IMG/VR virus record: IMGVR_UViG_3300027707_001335
Coordinates: 1 to 27,202 of that record
Strand: one strand, 5' to 3'
From: a virus
Taxonomy: Duplodnaviria; Caudoviricetes
DNA length: 27,202 nucleotides
Below are positions 1 to 7,992 of the stretch, one piece after another. The notes under the pieces were generated by a model. The model had not been told where the DNA came from and did no database searches. It saw only the letters and a program-made list of their open reading frames with translations. Both the position numbers and the translations under genes were made by a program. The number at the start of each line of letters is the position of its first letter. Within the stretch, counting starts at the first letter, position 1.

Positions 1-1026
1 ATTTCCGGTCAAGATGGATCTTATATGCTTGATTACTTGCTTGAGAATACCGATTATAATATTTTTGGTGCAGTTAGAAGACTTTCTATACCTAACTATT
101 CTAATTTCTCACGACATTTAAACAATAAAAGACTTAATCTTGTAACCGCTGACCTTTCTGATTCTCAATCAATTGACAACATAGTAAGAGAAGTTAATCC
201 TGATTATTTTATTAATTTTGCAGCGCAATCTTTCGTAGGTTCAAGCTGGCAAATTCCTGAACAAACATTTGACGCTGGCGCTATGGGTGTGTTAAGGTGC
301 CTTGAGGCTGTGCGTAAACACTCTCCAAAATGCAGGTTTTATAATGCTGGAAGCTCTGAAGAGTTTGGAGATGTAAAGTATATCCCTCAAGATGAAAAGC
401 ATCCATTGTCTCCAAGATCTCCATATGGAGCCGCAAAGTGTGCCTCAAGACATATAGTAAAAATTTACCGTGAGTCTTATAATCTTTTTGCAATTCAAGG
501 TTATCTTTTTAATCATGAATCCCCGAGAAGGGGAGAAGAGTTTGTCACTCGAAAAATTACCAAAGGAGTAGCCAGAATTTTTAAAGCTATTAAAAATGAA
601 CAGCCTTTTGAGCCTATCCATTTAGGAAATGTTGACGCAAAAAGAGACTGGAGCCATGCTATAGATTTTGTTGATGGAGTATGGAAGATGCTTAACCAAG
701 AACATCCCAATGAGTATGTCCTTTCTAGTAATGGAACCCACACTATTAGAGAATTCGTTGAGCTAGCATTTAAAGAAGCTGGTGTAGAAGGGTTTTGGCA
801 TGGTCATGGGACGAGTGAAGAATTTTCCATCTCCACTGAATACGCCATCAAGAACGAAGTCAACTCCTCTGCTCTGGTTAAAATTGATCCAAAATTCTTT
901 CGCCCAGCAGAGGTAGAGCTTTTACTTGGAGATTCTTCCAAAGCTCGCCAAGAATTAGGATGGAGTCCAAAATGGTCTTTCCATCAATTAGTAAAAGACA
1001 TGGTCGCTTGTGATTTAAACTCTTAA
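1..1026 (+). CDS. gmd: GDP-mannose 4,6-dehydratase (5'-truncated by the window edge; true start lies upstream of base 1)
   Basis: Frame +1 from base 1 reads ISGQDGSYMLDYLL, the Gmd NADP-binding GxxGQDGSYL motif. Also AQSFVGSSW, SSEEFG, SPYGAAK (YxxxK), FNHESPRRGEEFVTRKIT, LGNVDAKRDW and FRPAEVELLLGD. Confidence 0.95.
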   Translation: MSGQDGSYMLDYLLENTDYNIFGAVRRLSIPNYSNFSRHLNNKRLNLVTADLSDSQSIDNIVREVNPDYFINFAAQSFVGSSWQIPEQTFDAGAMGVLRCLEAVRKHSPKCRFYNAGSSEEFGDVKYIPQDEKHPLSPRSPYGAAKCASRHIVKIYRESYNLFAIQGYLFNHESPRRGEEFVTRKITKGVARIFKAIKNEQPFEPIHLGNVDAKRDWSHAIDFVDGVWKMLNQEHPNEYVLSSNGTHTIREFVELAFKEAGVEGFWHGHGTSEEFSISTEYAIKNEVNSSALVKIDPKFFRPAEVELLLGDSSKARQELGWSPKWSFHQLVKDMVACDLNS

Positions 1027-1027
1027 A

Positions 1028-1420
1028 ATGGCAAACTGCAAAGAAATCGTTTTAAAATTCGTAAAAGAAGGGCACATAGTTTGGTCAAGGGATATGAAAG
1101 CCGCAGCGAGGCTTTTGAAAAAGTTCCCTGATAAAGACTTTTGGGATTGGGTTGAGCCTTATCCTTTGGTGCCTAACCTACATTTTTTGCAATCTCCAGA
1201 TAACATTGGAATACTAAATGACAGGTACAGGTTGTTTCTCCAGCAGAAACACCTCAAGCAATCGAAAGAAAAGCTCAAAGAAAGCTTTGACTCAAAGGCT
1301 GCAATCAGCTACAATCAAGAGGACACAAAAGTGGGCGAAGATATTCAAATCATCAAAAAGCCTAGAACCTTAAAAGAATTTCTTAATTATGGCACGACCT
1401 CCGAAAACACAGCAGCCTGA
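1028..1420 (+). CDS. Hypothetical protein (130 aa)
   Basis: ORF starts 1 nt after the gmd stop and overlaps recA, so it fits the operon packing. No family recognised. Confidence 0.7.
   Translation: MANCKEIVLKFVKEGHIVWSRDMKAAARLLKKFPDKDFWDWVEPYPLVPNLHFLQSPDNIGILNDRYRLFLQQKHLKQSKEKLKESFDSKAAISYNQEDTKVGEDIQIIKKPRTLKEFLNYGTTSENTAA
1287..1315 (+). promoter_or_regulatory. Sigma70-like promoter upstream of recA, embedded in the upstream ORF
   Basis: TTGACT (1287-1292), 17-nt spacer, TACAAT (1310-1315); 73 nt before the recA ATG. Confidence 0.6.
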
Positions 1421-2540
1421 AGAAAAAATCTCAGCAGTTGGAGCCTCAAGCAGACTCCATGCTATTTTAAGTAATAAAGATCACAAAGATGATCACTTTA
1501 ATTTTCAAGAAGCGGTAACTTGGAAGATTTCTACGGGCAGTTTACTTTTGGACGCTGCGGTAGGTGGAGGCATTACCCCTTCTCTTATCCGTCTTTGCGG
1601 GCCAAACAATGAAGGCAAAACGCCTCAAGCATTAGAAATTTGCAGAAATTTCCTTTTAGAGATTCCAAAGAGTAGAGTGGTCTGGGTCTTGGCAGAGGGT
1701 CGCCTCTCTAAGGAAAATAGAGAACGCTGCGGTATCAAGTTCGTCACTGACGCTTCGGAATGGACTGATGGTTCAGTTTTCATCCTTGAGTCTAATGTTT
1801 ACGATTTAGTAATTGATGTCATTAAGGACCTTGTTCTTAATAATGAAGAAGATAACCGTTATTGTTTTGTTATCGACTCGATGGACGGCCTCATCTTAAA
1901 GAGAGACAAAGATACAAGCCCAGCAGACGCGAGCAAGGTCGCCGGAACTCAAGTCATCAGCAAGAAGCTTCTACAATCACTAAGTATTGGAATGTTTAAG
2001 CATGGTCATCTAATGATTGCGGTTAGCCAGATTACTTCTGAAATTAAGATCGATCCCTATGCTAAAAACGCTCCAAGAGGAGGAATGTTCAGTGGCGGAA
2101 ATGCGCTATTGCATTGGGCTGACTTTATCCTAGAGTACAGCACGACAGCGATGGGAGACTATATCCTTGACAATCCAGCAGGGAAGATGAATGACGGCAA
2201 GACTAAATCGATTGGAAAGTATTCCAAAGTAATGATTCAAAAGTCCACCAGTGAAGCTACTCGTAAAAACATTATCCAATATCCTATTAAATTTGGCAAA
2301 AAGCCTTCTGGCATCTGGGTGGAATACGAGATTCTCGACTGTTTACTGATGTGGGATCTTGTAGTCGCAAAGGGAGCTTGGATTACTGTTGACGATTCTT
2401 TGGTTGAAGAGCTTAAAAATATTGGAATTGAAATGCCCAAACAGCATCAAGGAAGAGAGAATTTCAGAAAATGGCTTGAAGAAAATGAACAGGCTACTAA
2501 ATATCTCTTCGGCAAGCTTAAAGCTGTTCAATCAAAATGA
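1389..2540 (+). CDS. recA: RecA/UvsX-family recombinase
   Basis: ISTGSLLLDAAVGGG, Walker A variant GPNNEGKT, catalytic Glu in VLAEG, Walker B FVIDSM, SQIT, SGGNALLHWA, and C-terminal KGAWIT...QGRENF. Confidence 0.92.
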   Translation: MARPPKTQQPEEKISAVGASSRLHAILSNKDHKDDHFNFQEAVTWKISTGSLLLDAAVGGGITPSLIRLCGPNNEGKTPQALEICRNFLLEIPKSRVVWVLAEGRLSKENRERCGIKFVTDASEWTDGSVFILESNVYDLVIDVIKDLVLNNEEDNRYCFVIDSMDGLILKRDKDTSPADASKVAGTQVISKKLLQSLSIGMFKHGHLMIAVSQITSEIKIDPYAKNAPRGGMFSGGNALLHWADFILEYSTTAMGDYILDNPAGKMNDGKTKSIGKYSKVMIQKSTSEATRKNIIQYPIKFGKKPSGIWVEYEILDCLLMWDLVVAKGAWITVDDSLVEELKNIGIEMPKQHQGRENFRKWLEENEQATKYLFGKLKAVQSK

Positions 2541-2956
2541 AGTTATATTCTGTAACTGGCAGAATAATTAATAAAAATGTTTCCCAATTTTCAATAGATT
2601 GGGATAAAGAATCTCGCTCGAAGATACAGTTTCAAGTCAAGCAATTCCTAAAGCCATTTTGGAAGACGCATTCCTGTTACGAAGAATTCCCCGTCTTTGG
2701 AAGCAGGATGAAGGTCGATTTTATCAATATCTCTCGCAAGATAGCAATAGAGGTAAATGGCGACCAACACTCTTCTTTTAATAAGTTTTTTCATAACAAC
2801 TCAAGACTTAATTATCTTAATTCTATAAAAAGAGATTACAAAAAATCTATATGGTTAGAGAAAAATGGCTTTCAATTAATAGAATTAGAGACCTCTGATT
2901 TAAAAAAATTAAGCTACGACTATATAAATCATACATTCAATATCTCGTTGGTGTAA
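2537..2956 (+). CDS. DUF559/Vsr-like (very-short-patch type) endonuclease
   Basis: EEFPV...KVDF...IAIEVNGDQH...RDYKKSIWLEKNGFQLIEL pattern; ATGA overlap with recA. Confidence 0.75.
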   Translation: MKLYSVTGRIINKNVSQFSIDWDKESRSKIQFQVKQFLKPFWKTHSCYEEFPVFGSRMKVDFINISRKIAIEVNGDQHSSFNKFFHNNSRLNYLNSIKRDYKKSIWLEKNGFQLIELETSDLKKLSYDYINHTFNISLV

Positions 2957-2960
2957 TATA
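2951..2960 (+). promoter_or_regulatory. GTGTAATA motif, possible phage-specific (late-type) promoter
   Basis: GTGTAATATA begins 14 nt upstream of the 2965 GTG and shares its core with the divergent pair at 23198-23228. It also coincides with the upstream Val-stop codons, so it could be chance. Confidence 0.35.
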
Positions 2961-2964
2961 AGCT

Positions 2965-3252
2965 GTGGCAAAAAATAAAGAATTCCATTTCCCGGAAAGC
3001 ATTCTATCCCAGATAGATGAATGTTCGCAGGGAGGATTCTTGCTTTTTACTTTTGACAAAAAGGGGATGCCAGAAGTAAGATCTAAATTCGATAATGCAC
3101 AGAACGCAATGGCTATGCATTATTACATAAATAATTGGCTTAGTGCAGTTGAGCAAATTAATTTAGAGAACACAATCCACAACATTATCGCTTCTGATCA
3201 AAACGATGAAGACGACGATGAAGACGGCGAAGATGGTACTGCTAGTAAATGA
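2965..3252 (+). CDS. Small hypothetical protein with acidic C-terminal tail
   Basis: GTG start; fills the gap between the endonuclease and dnaB; ends DQNDEDDDEDGEDGTASK. Confidence 0.7.
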   Translation: MAKNKEFHFPESILSQIDECSQGGFLLFTFDKKGMPEVRSKFDNAQNAMAMHYYINNWLSAVEQINLENTIHNIIASDQNDEDDDEDGEDGTASK

Positions 3253-3268
3253 CTCTTTTTTTAGTTAA

Positions 3269-4753
3269 ATGAAGCTTTCCTCTATTAAGGTAGAGCAGCA
3301 CTTGCTTGGTGCGCTCATTAGAAATTCAGAAGCGTTTTATGATATAGATCATTTTATATCAGAAATTGATTTTACAAATGATGTCAATGGTACAATATAT
3401 TCAATAATCCGTCAGATATGCAACGCTAAAGAGAAAGTAGATAAAGTAATTCTGGCTCAGAAAATCCAGAATCTTGGCATCTCTTTCCAAGAAGACCTTG
3501 ACATATATGACTATATTGATTGTCTTTCTCTGACAGTTTCAACAAAAGAATCTGCATTTAAATACGCTCAAGAACTAAAACAGTTCTCTATTCGCCGCGA
3601 TATAAAAAGCATGGCTCAAAGGATAATAGAAACAGTTTCTGCTAATCCTGAGAAAAATGCCAATCAAATCATAGCTGAAGTAGACTCCATATATGGCGAA
3701 AAGATTAATTCTTTTGATGCCACTGAAGAGATTAGAAACATATTCGATGACATAGAGTGTTTCATTGAAGAAAAAGGCAATAATCCTCAAGATGAATCAG
3801 GTATAGATTTACATTATCCAGAGTTTGCAAGGCTCTATGGAGGCTTGAGGAATGGCAATGTTTACGCAATCGTTAGTCGCCCCGGTCAAGGCAAAAGCTC
3901 ATTCTTGGTCGAAATGTCTCTTGGAGCTTATTTAAAGAATAAGAAAGTTAATGTTCTTTATCTTGACACTGAGATGTTTTCACAAGATGTCAAACTTCGC
4001 ATTGCTGCGGCAAAGACAGGTGTTCCTTTTTGGCATATTGATACAGGAAACTGGCGCAAAGACCCTGAGATGGTTACTAAAATCAGAGGCTTCTTAAAAG
4101 AATTTAGTAAATACAATTACACACATCATTGTGTCGGCAATAAAGGAATTGACGAGATTGTTTCTTTTATTCGCAGATGGTATTACAGTAAGGTTGGAAG
4201 AGGGAATCCTGCACTTATTTGCTATGATTATGTTAAACTTACCGGAGAAAAGGTGGGTCAAAACTGGGCGGAGCATCAAGCTATCGGCGAAAAGATTGAT
4301 AAGCTCAAAAAGATTTCAGAAGAAATCAATGCCCCTCTATTTACTGCAATGCAAATGAATAGGTCTGGCGAGAATTTTAATAGAAACGCTGGAGACGTAA
4401 CGGATGATAGTTCTGCAATCGCCCTGTCTGATCGTCTTCAATGGTTCGCCAGCTATGTCGGAATTTTCCGAAGGAAAACCCTTGACGAAATAGAGCGCGA
4501 TACGCCAGACTTCGGTACACATAAACTGATAACTTTGAAAAGCCGGTTCCAAGGCAAAAATGCTGCTGGGCATCAAGATCTTCTGAGAAGGAGAAATGAT
4601 CATGGCGACGAAAAATATGTTCAAAACTTTATCAATTTTCAGATTAATAATTTTAGCGTAGAAGAGAGAGGTTCCTTGGCTAATATTATTGAGAGAGAGC
4701 GTCAGACATTTTCATTGAATGATGCCAATCCCAATGATGGTTCTTTGTTATGA
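3269..4753 (+). CDS. dnaB: Replicative DNA helicase DnaB (N-terminal domain plus SF4 ATPase)
   Basis: EQHLLGALI N-domain, Walker A SRPGQGKS, YLDTEM, Walker B CYDYVKL, AMQMNR, and LKSRFQG arginine-finger region. Confidence 0.93.
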   Translation: MKLSSIKVEQHLLGALIRNSEAFYDIDHFISEIDFTNDVNGTIYSIIRQICNAKEKVDKVILAQKIQNLGISFQEDLDIYDYIDCLSLTVSTKESAFKYAQELKQFSIRRDIKSMAQRIIETVSANPEKNANQIIAEVDSIYGEKINSFDATEEIRNIFDDIECFIEEKGNNPQDESGIDLHYPEFARLYGGLRNGNVYAIVSRPGQGKSSFLVEMSLGAYLKNKKVNVLYLDTEMFSQDVKLRIAAAKTGVPFWHIDTGNWRKDPEMVTKIRGFLKEFSKYNYTHHCVGNKGIDEIVSFIRRWYYSKVGRGNPALICYDYVKLTGEKVGQNWAEHQAIGEKIDKLKKISEEINAPLFTAMQMNRSGENFNRNAGDVTDDSSAIALSDRLQWFASYVGIFRRKTLDEIERDTPDFGTHKLITLKSRFQGKNAAGHQDLLRRRNDHGDEKYVQNFINFQINNFSVEERGSLANIIERERQTFSLNDANPNDGSLL

Positions 4754-5667
4754 GCGACATAAAAGAAATACTTAACAACATCGGTTATCAAAACCTTAAA
4801 GACTTCGGTAGTTGGTATAGAACTCGTCCAATTTATAGAAGTTCTGATAACGATACAGTCTTAGCTATAAATAAAAATACTGGCTATTGGTATGACTACA
4901 AACTCTGTAAAGGTGGCAGATTAAGCGAACTAGTTCAAATTACCCTTAATCTAAATGATCTAGATTATGCAGATAAGATGCTTTTTGAGAAGTTTAACTT
5001 CACAGGAATTGTATCTAATCCAGAGAAAACAATCATTAATCAAGTAAAAATTTATGATGAATCAATGCTTGCTAGTCTTGCAAAAGACCATTCTTATTGG
5101 TCCAAAAGAGGAGTCAGAGAAGAAACTGTAGCTGAATTTAAAGGAGGAGTAGCTAAGAAGGGGAATATGATTAATCGTTACGTTTTCCCTATTTACAATC
5201 CTTCTGGTAAAATCGTAGGTTTCAGCGGTAGATCATTAGCCGATTCAAATAGACCTGACTTTATAAAATGGAAGCATCTTGGGGCTAAAAAAGAATGGGT
5301 TTATCCAACTTTCTTTAGTAAGAGTTCTATTACTGAAAGTAAAATAGTCTTTCTCATTGAAAGCATTGGAGACATGCTAGCTTTATGGCAAGCTGGCTAT
5401 AAGAATGTAATTGTGACTTTTGGGCTAGCCATCTCTCCTAAAATAACAAAATTTCTATTAGAAAATTCTGTTCAACAAGTTGTTATTGCTTTTAATAATG
5501 ATTCTTTTAATAATTCTGCCGGTAATGAGGCTGCGAAAAAAGCTCATTCCAAGCTACTGATGTTTTTCGACGAAAATCAAGTGAAGATAAAACTCCCTCC
5601 CAAAAAAGACTTTGGATTAATGAGTAAAAACGAGATAGACTTATACATGAAGGAATTCAATGGATAA
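4750..5667 (+). CDS. dnaG: DnaG-type primase (Toprim) with degenerate zinc-binding domain
   Basis: RYVFPIYNPSGKIVGFSGR, KWKH, FLIESIGDMLAL, VVIAFNND...AGNEAAKK and KDFG; ATGA overlap with dnaB. Confidence 0.85.
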   Translation: MSDIKEILNNIGYQNLKDFGSWYRTRPIYRSSDNDTVLAINKNTGYWYDYKLCKGGRLSELVQITLNLNDLDYADKMLFEKFNFTGIVSNPEKTIINQVKIYDESMLASLAKDHSYWSKRGVREETVAEFKGGVAKKGNMINRYVFPIYNPSGKIVGFSGRSLADSNRPDFIKWKHLGAKKEWVYPTFFSKSSITESKIVFLIESIGDMLALWQAGYKNVIVTFGLAISPKITKFLLENSVQQVVIAFNNDSFNNSAGNEAAKKAHSKLLMFFDENQVKIKLPPKKDFGLMSKNEIDLYMKEFNG

Positions 5668-6586
5668 GAAAGAAGTCTACCTATCCGCATCCAGAATTAA
5701 AACTCTGGAGACTTGTTCATGGTCTTATTACTGTAAGTATCATTTAAATATTCCTGAGAGGTCTAATTCAGGAGCAAAGCGCGGTACAATTTGCCACTTA
5801 GTATTTGAATTACTTCTTAATCCTCGTCATAAGAATATTTATAATGAAATTATCTCCTCTGAAAATCCATTATCTTGCAATGCGATTTCAAGATTGATAG
5901 GAAAGCATACCAAGAGAGAAGGCATCTTTAATCCCGAAGATCTTGCGCTAATCAATAAAATGATTGTCGTTGGTCTTAAAAGCGACTTCTTTCCAAAGGG
6001 CGGCGACATTCAAAACCCTGAGTTTGAATTCAAAATCGAAAGAGACGGCTATAAGGCTAGAGGTTTCATCGATCTTCCAATTCTTTATAAGAAAGAAAAG
6101 AAGAGCAAAATTAGAGACTACAAGTCCAGTAAGGCAAAATTCAGAGGAGAAGAGTTGACGGCCAACGTACAGGCGATGTTGTACTCTATTGCTTCTAAAA
6201 TCTATTGGCCCGAGTACGAACCAGAAGTAGAATTTATCTTCCTTAGATTTCCTAAAGCTCCCGTACAGCCTATAAAATTTACAGATGATGAATTGTCTGG
6301 ATTTGAGATTTATCTTAAGCATGTTTACGGTAAAGTAAGCAACTTCTCTGAACAAGATGCAAAACAAAACTTTGCCGCAGATGACATAAAAACTAAATGG
6401 TTATGTCAGGCAGGAGCTACTTGGGTTTGTCCTTTTAAGAATGAGATGTGGTTCTATTCTATTTATGATAAGGACGATAAATTTGTAAAGAGCTTTTTTA
6501 CAGCAGAAGAAGCGAAAGCAGCGAAGAAAGACGATTCTCAAGTCATCAAAAAATTTAAGTACGAAGGTTGCCCTAGATGGAAATAA
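5660..6586 (+). CDS. PD-(D/E)XK exonuclease, Cas4/AddB/RecB-like
   Basis: LSASRIKTLETC, RGTICHLVFE, RGFIDL, IRDYKSSK, QAMLY, plus three C-terminal Cys. Confidence 0.85.
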   Translation: MDKKEVYLSASRIKTLETCSWSYYCKYHLNIPERSNSGAKRGTICHLVFELLLNPRHKNIYNEIISSENPLSCNAISRLIGKHTKREGIFNPEDLALINKMIVVGLKSDFFPKGGDIQNPEFEFKIERDGYKARGFIDLPILYKKEKKSKIRDYKSSKAKFRGEELTANVQAMLYSIASKIYWPEYEPEVEFIFLRFPKAPVQPIKFTDDELSGFEIYLKHVYGKVSNFSEQDAKQNFAADDIKTKWLCQAGATWVCPFKNEMWFYSIYDKDDKFVKSFFTAEEAKAAKKDDSQVIKKFKYEGCPRWK

Positions 6587-6595
6587 CTCTTATTT

Positions 6596-7357
6596 ATGAA
6601 AGTATTACCTCTTTTTAAAAGCCATTACAGTATCGGCAAATCAATCTTAACCCTAGATAAAGTCGGTTCTTCTTCTAAAGAGGGTTCCTCTTCTATAGTA
6701 GACATCGTTAAAGAAAATAAACTAGACCAAGTTTTCCTTGCAGAGGATAATATGAGTTCTTTTCTTGATGCTTTTAAAAACTTTAACTCAATTAAGGTTC
6801 CATTCTTTTATGGTCTCAGGTTAGAGCTATGCCCGGACATTAACGAAAAGACCGAAGAGTCTTTAAAGAAAAGCAGCAAAATAATAATTTTTGCTAAAAA
6901 TGGCAATGGATACAAGAAACTGATTAAGATATTCAGCATTGCTGCGACAGACGGGTTTTATTATACCCCAAGAATAGACGAAAAAACCTTGACGCAAGAG
7001 TGGGACGAGTCTAGCTTAAAACTATGCGTCCCGTTCTATGATTCGTTTTTATTTAATAATGCGATGTCTTATTCTTTGTGCTGCCCAGAATTAACGTTCA
7101 CAAAACCGACCTTCTTCATTGAAGATAATAATCTACCATTTGATCAGATAGTGAAGCAAAAGGTGATTAAATTTTGCTCAGACAAGTATGAGACTATCCC
7201 TTGTAAGAGTATCTACTATAAGATGAGAGAAGACTTCAAAGCATACTTAACTTTTAAATGCATAAATAACAGGACGACTCTTAATAAGCCGAACTTAGAG
7301 CATATGTGCAGTTCTGAATTTAGTTTTGAAAGCTGGAAGGAGTCAAATTCTATATGA
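6596..7357 (+). CDS. Stand-alone PHP domain of DNA polymerase III alpha (N-terminal part of split DnaE; metal ligands degenerate)
   Basis: KSHYSI, LAEDNM, FFYGLRL, IIIFAKNGNGYKKLIKIFS, GFYYTPRID and SIYYKMREDFKAYLTFKCI all align by eye to the DnaE PHP domain. Confidence 0.88.
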   Translation: MKVLPLFKSHYSIGKSILTLDKVGSSSKEGSSSIVDIVKENKLDQVFLAEDNMSSFLDAFKNFNSIKVPFFYGLRLELCPDINEKTEESLKKSSKIIIFAKNGNGYKKLIKIFSIAATDGFYYTPRIDEKTLTQEWDESSLKLCVPFYDSFLFNNAMSYSLCCPELTFTKPTFFIEDNNLPFDQIVKQKVIKFCSDKYETIPCKSIYYKMREDFKAYLTFKCINNRTTLNKPNLEHMCSSEFSFESWKESNSI

Positions 7358-7992
7358 TGGAAAATCTTCTTCGTTACGATAAGGATAAAATCTATACTTT
7401 CATCGATTTAGAGACAGAAAATTTGTGTCTTAGTTTTGTAAATAATCGTCCTTGGCAATGCGGCATGATTAAAGCTAAAGGAAATGAAATCTTGCAAACT
7501 TCCGATATTTATATTAAATGGGATAAACCTATTAATGTAAGTAAAGAAGCTGCTCAGATTACTCGTTTTGACCAGTACAAGTATAACAAGATAGCCATCC
7601 ATTCTAGTGAAGCTATTAAAACTATAGCGCAATGGTTAGAAAATTGCGATTACATCGTTGGGCATAATATCTTGAACTTCGATATTTATCTTATTAAAGA
7701 TTATTACGAACTTTACGGTATAGAATGGAAGCATTTAATAAATAAGATTATAGATACTAATTGCCTAGCAAAGGGTATCAAATATGAAATCCCTTACTCT
7801 CAAGAAATGGAACTCATTGAATATCAATATCGAATTATTAATGAGAGGAGAAAAGGAATAAAAACTAATCTTACAAGTCTTGGCAAAGACTATAGCGTAG
7901 AACACGATTATGAGACTTTACACGACGCACTTAACGATTTACATTTGAATATTAAAGTATGGAACAAACTGAAATTCCAAATCGCAGTATGA
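7354..7992 (+). CDS. DEDDh 3'-5' exonuclease (DnaQ/epsilon-like proofreading subunit)
   Basis: ExoI FIDLETE, ExoII VGHNILNFD and ExoIII LHDALND; ATGA overlaps on both sides. Confidence 0.9.
   Translation: MMENLLRYDKDKIYTFIDLETENLCLSFVNNRPWQCGMIKAKGNEILQTSDIYIKWDKPINVSKEAAQITRFDQYKYNKIAIHSSEAIKTIAQWLENCDYIVGHNILNFDIYLIKDYYELYGIEWKHLINKIIDTNCLAKGIKYEIPYSQEMELIEYQYRIINERRKGIKTNLTSLGKDYSVEHDYETLHDALNDLHLNIKVWNKLKFQIAV

Noticed and set aside
5660-6586. CRISPR-Cas locus suggested by the Cas4-like gene
   Set aside because: No repeat-spacer array or other cas genes are seen; solo Cas4-like nucleases are common in phage replication modules.
7959-7988. ORF-track starts at 7959 (dnaE), 13051 (GT9 half) and 25 (gmd)
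   Set aside because: Coupled ATGs at 7989 and 13072 fit better, and gmd homology extends upstream of base 25 to the window edge.
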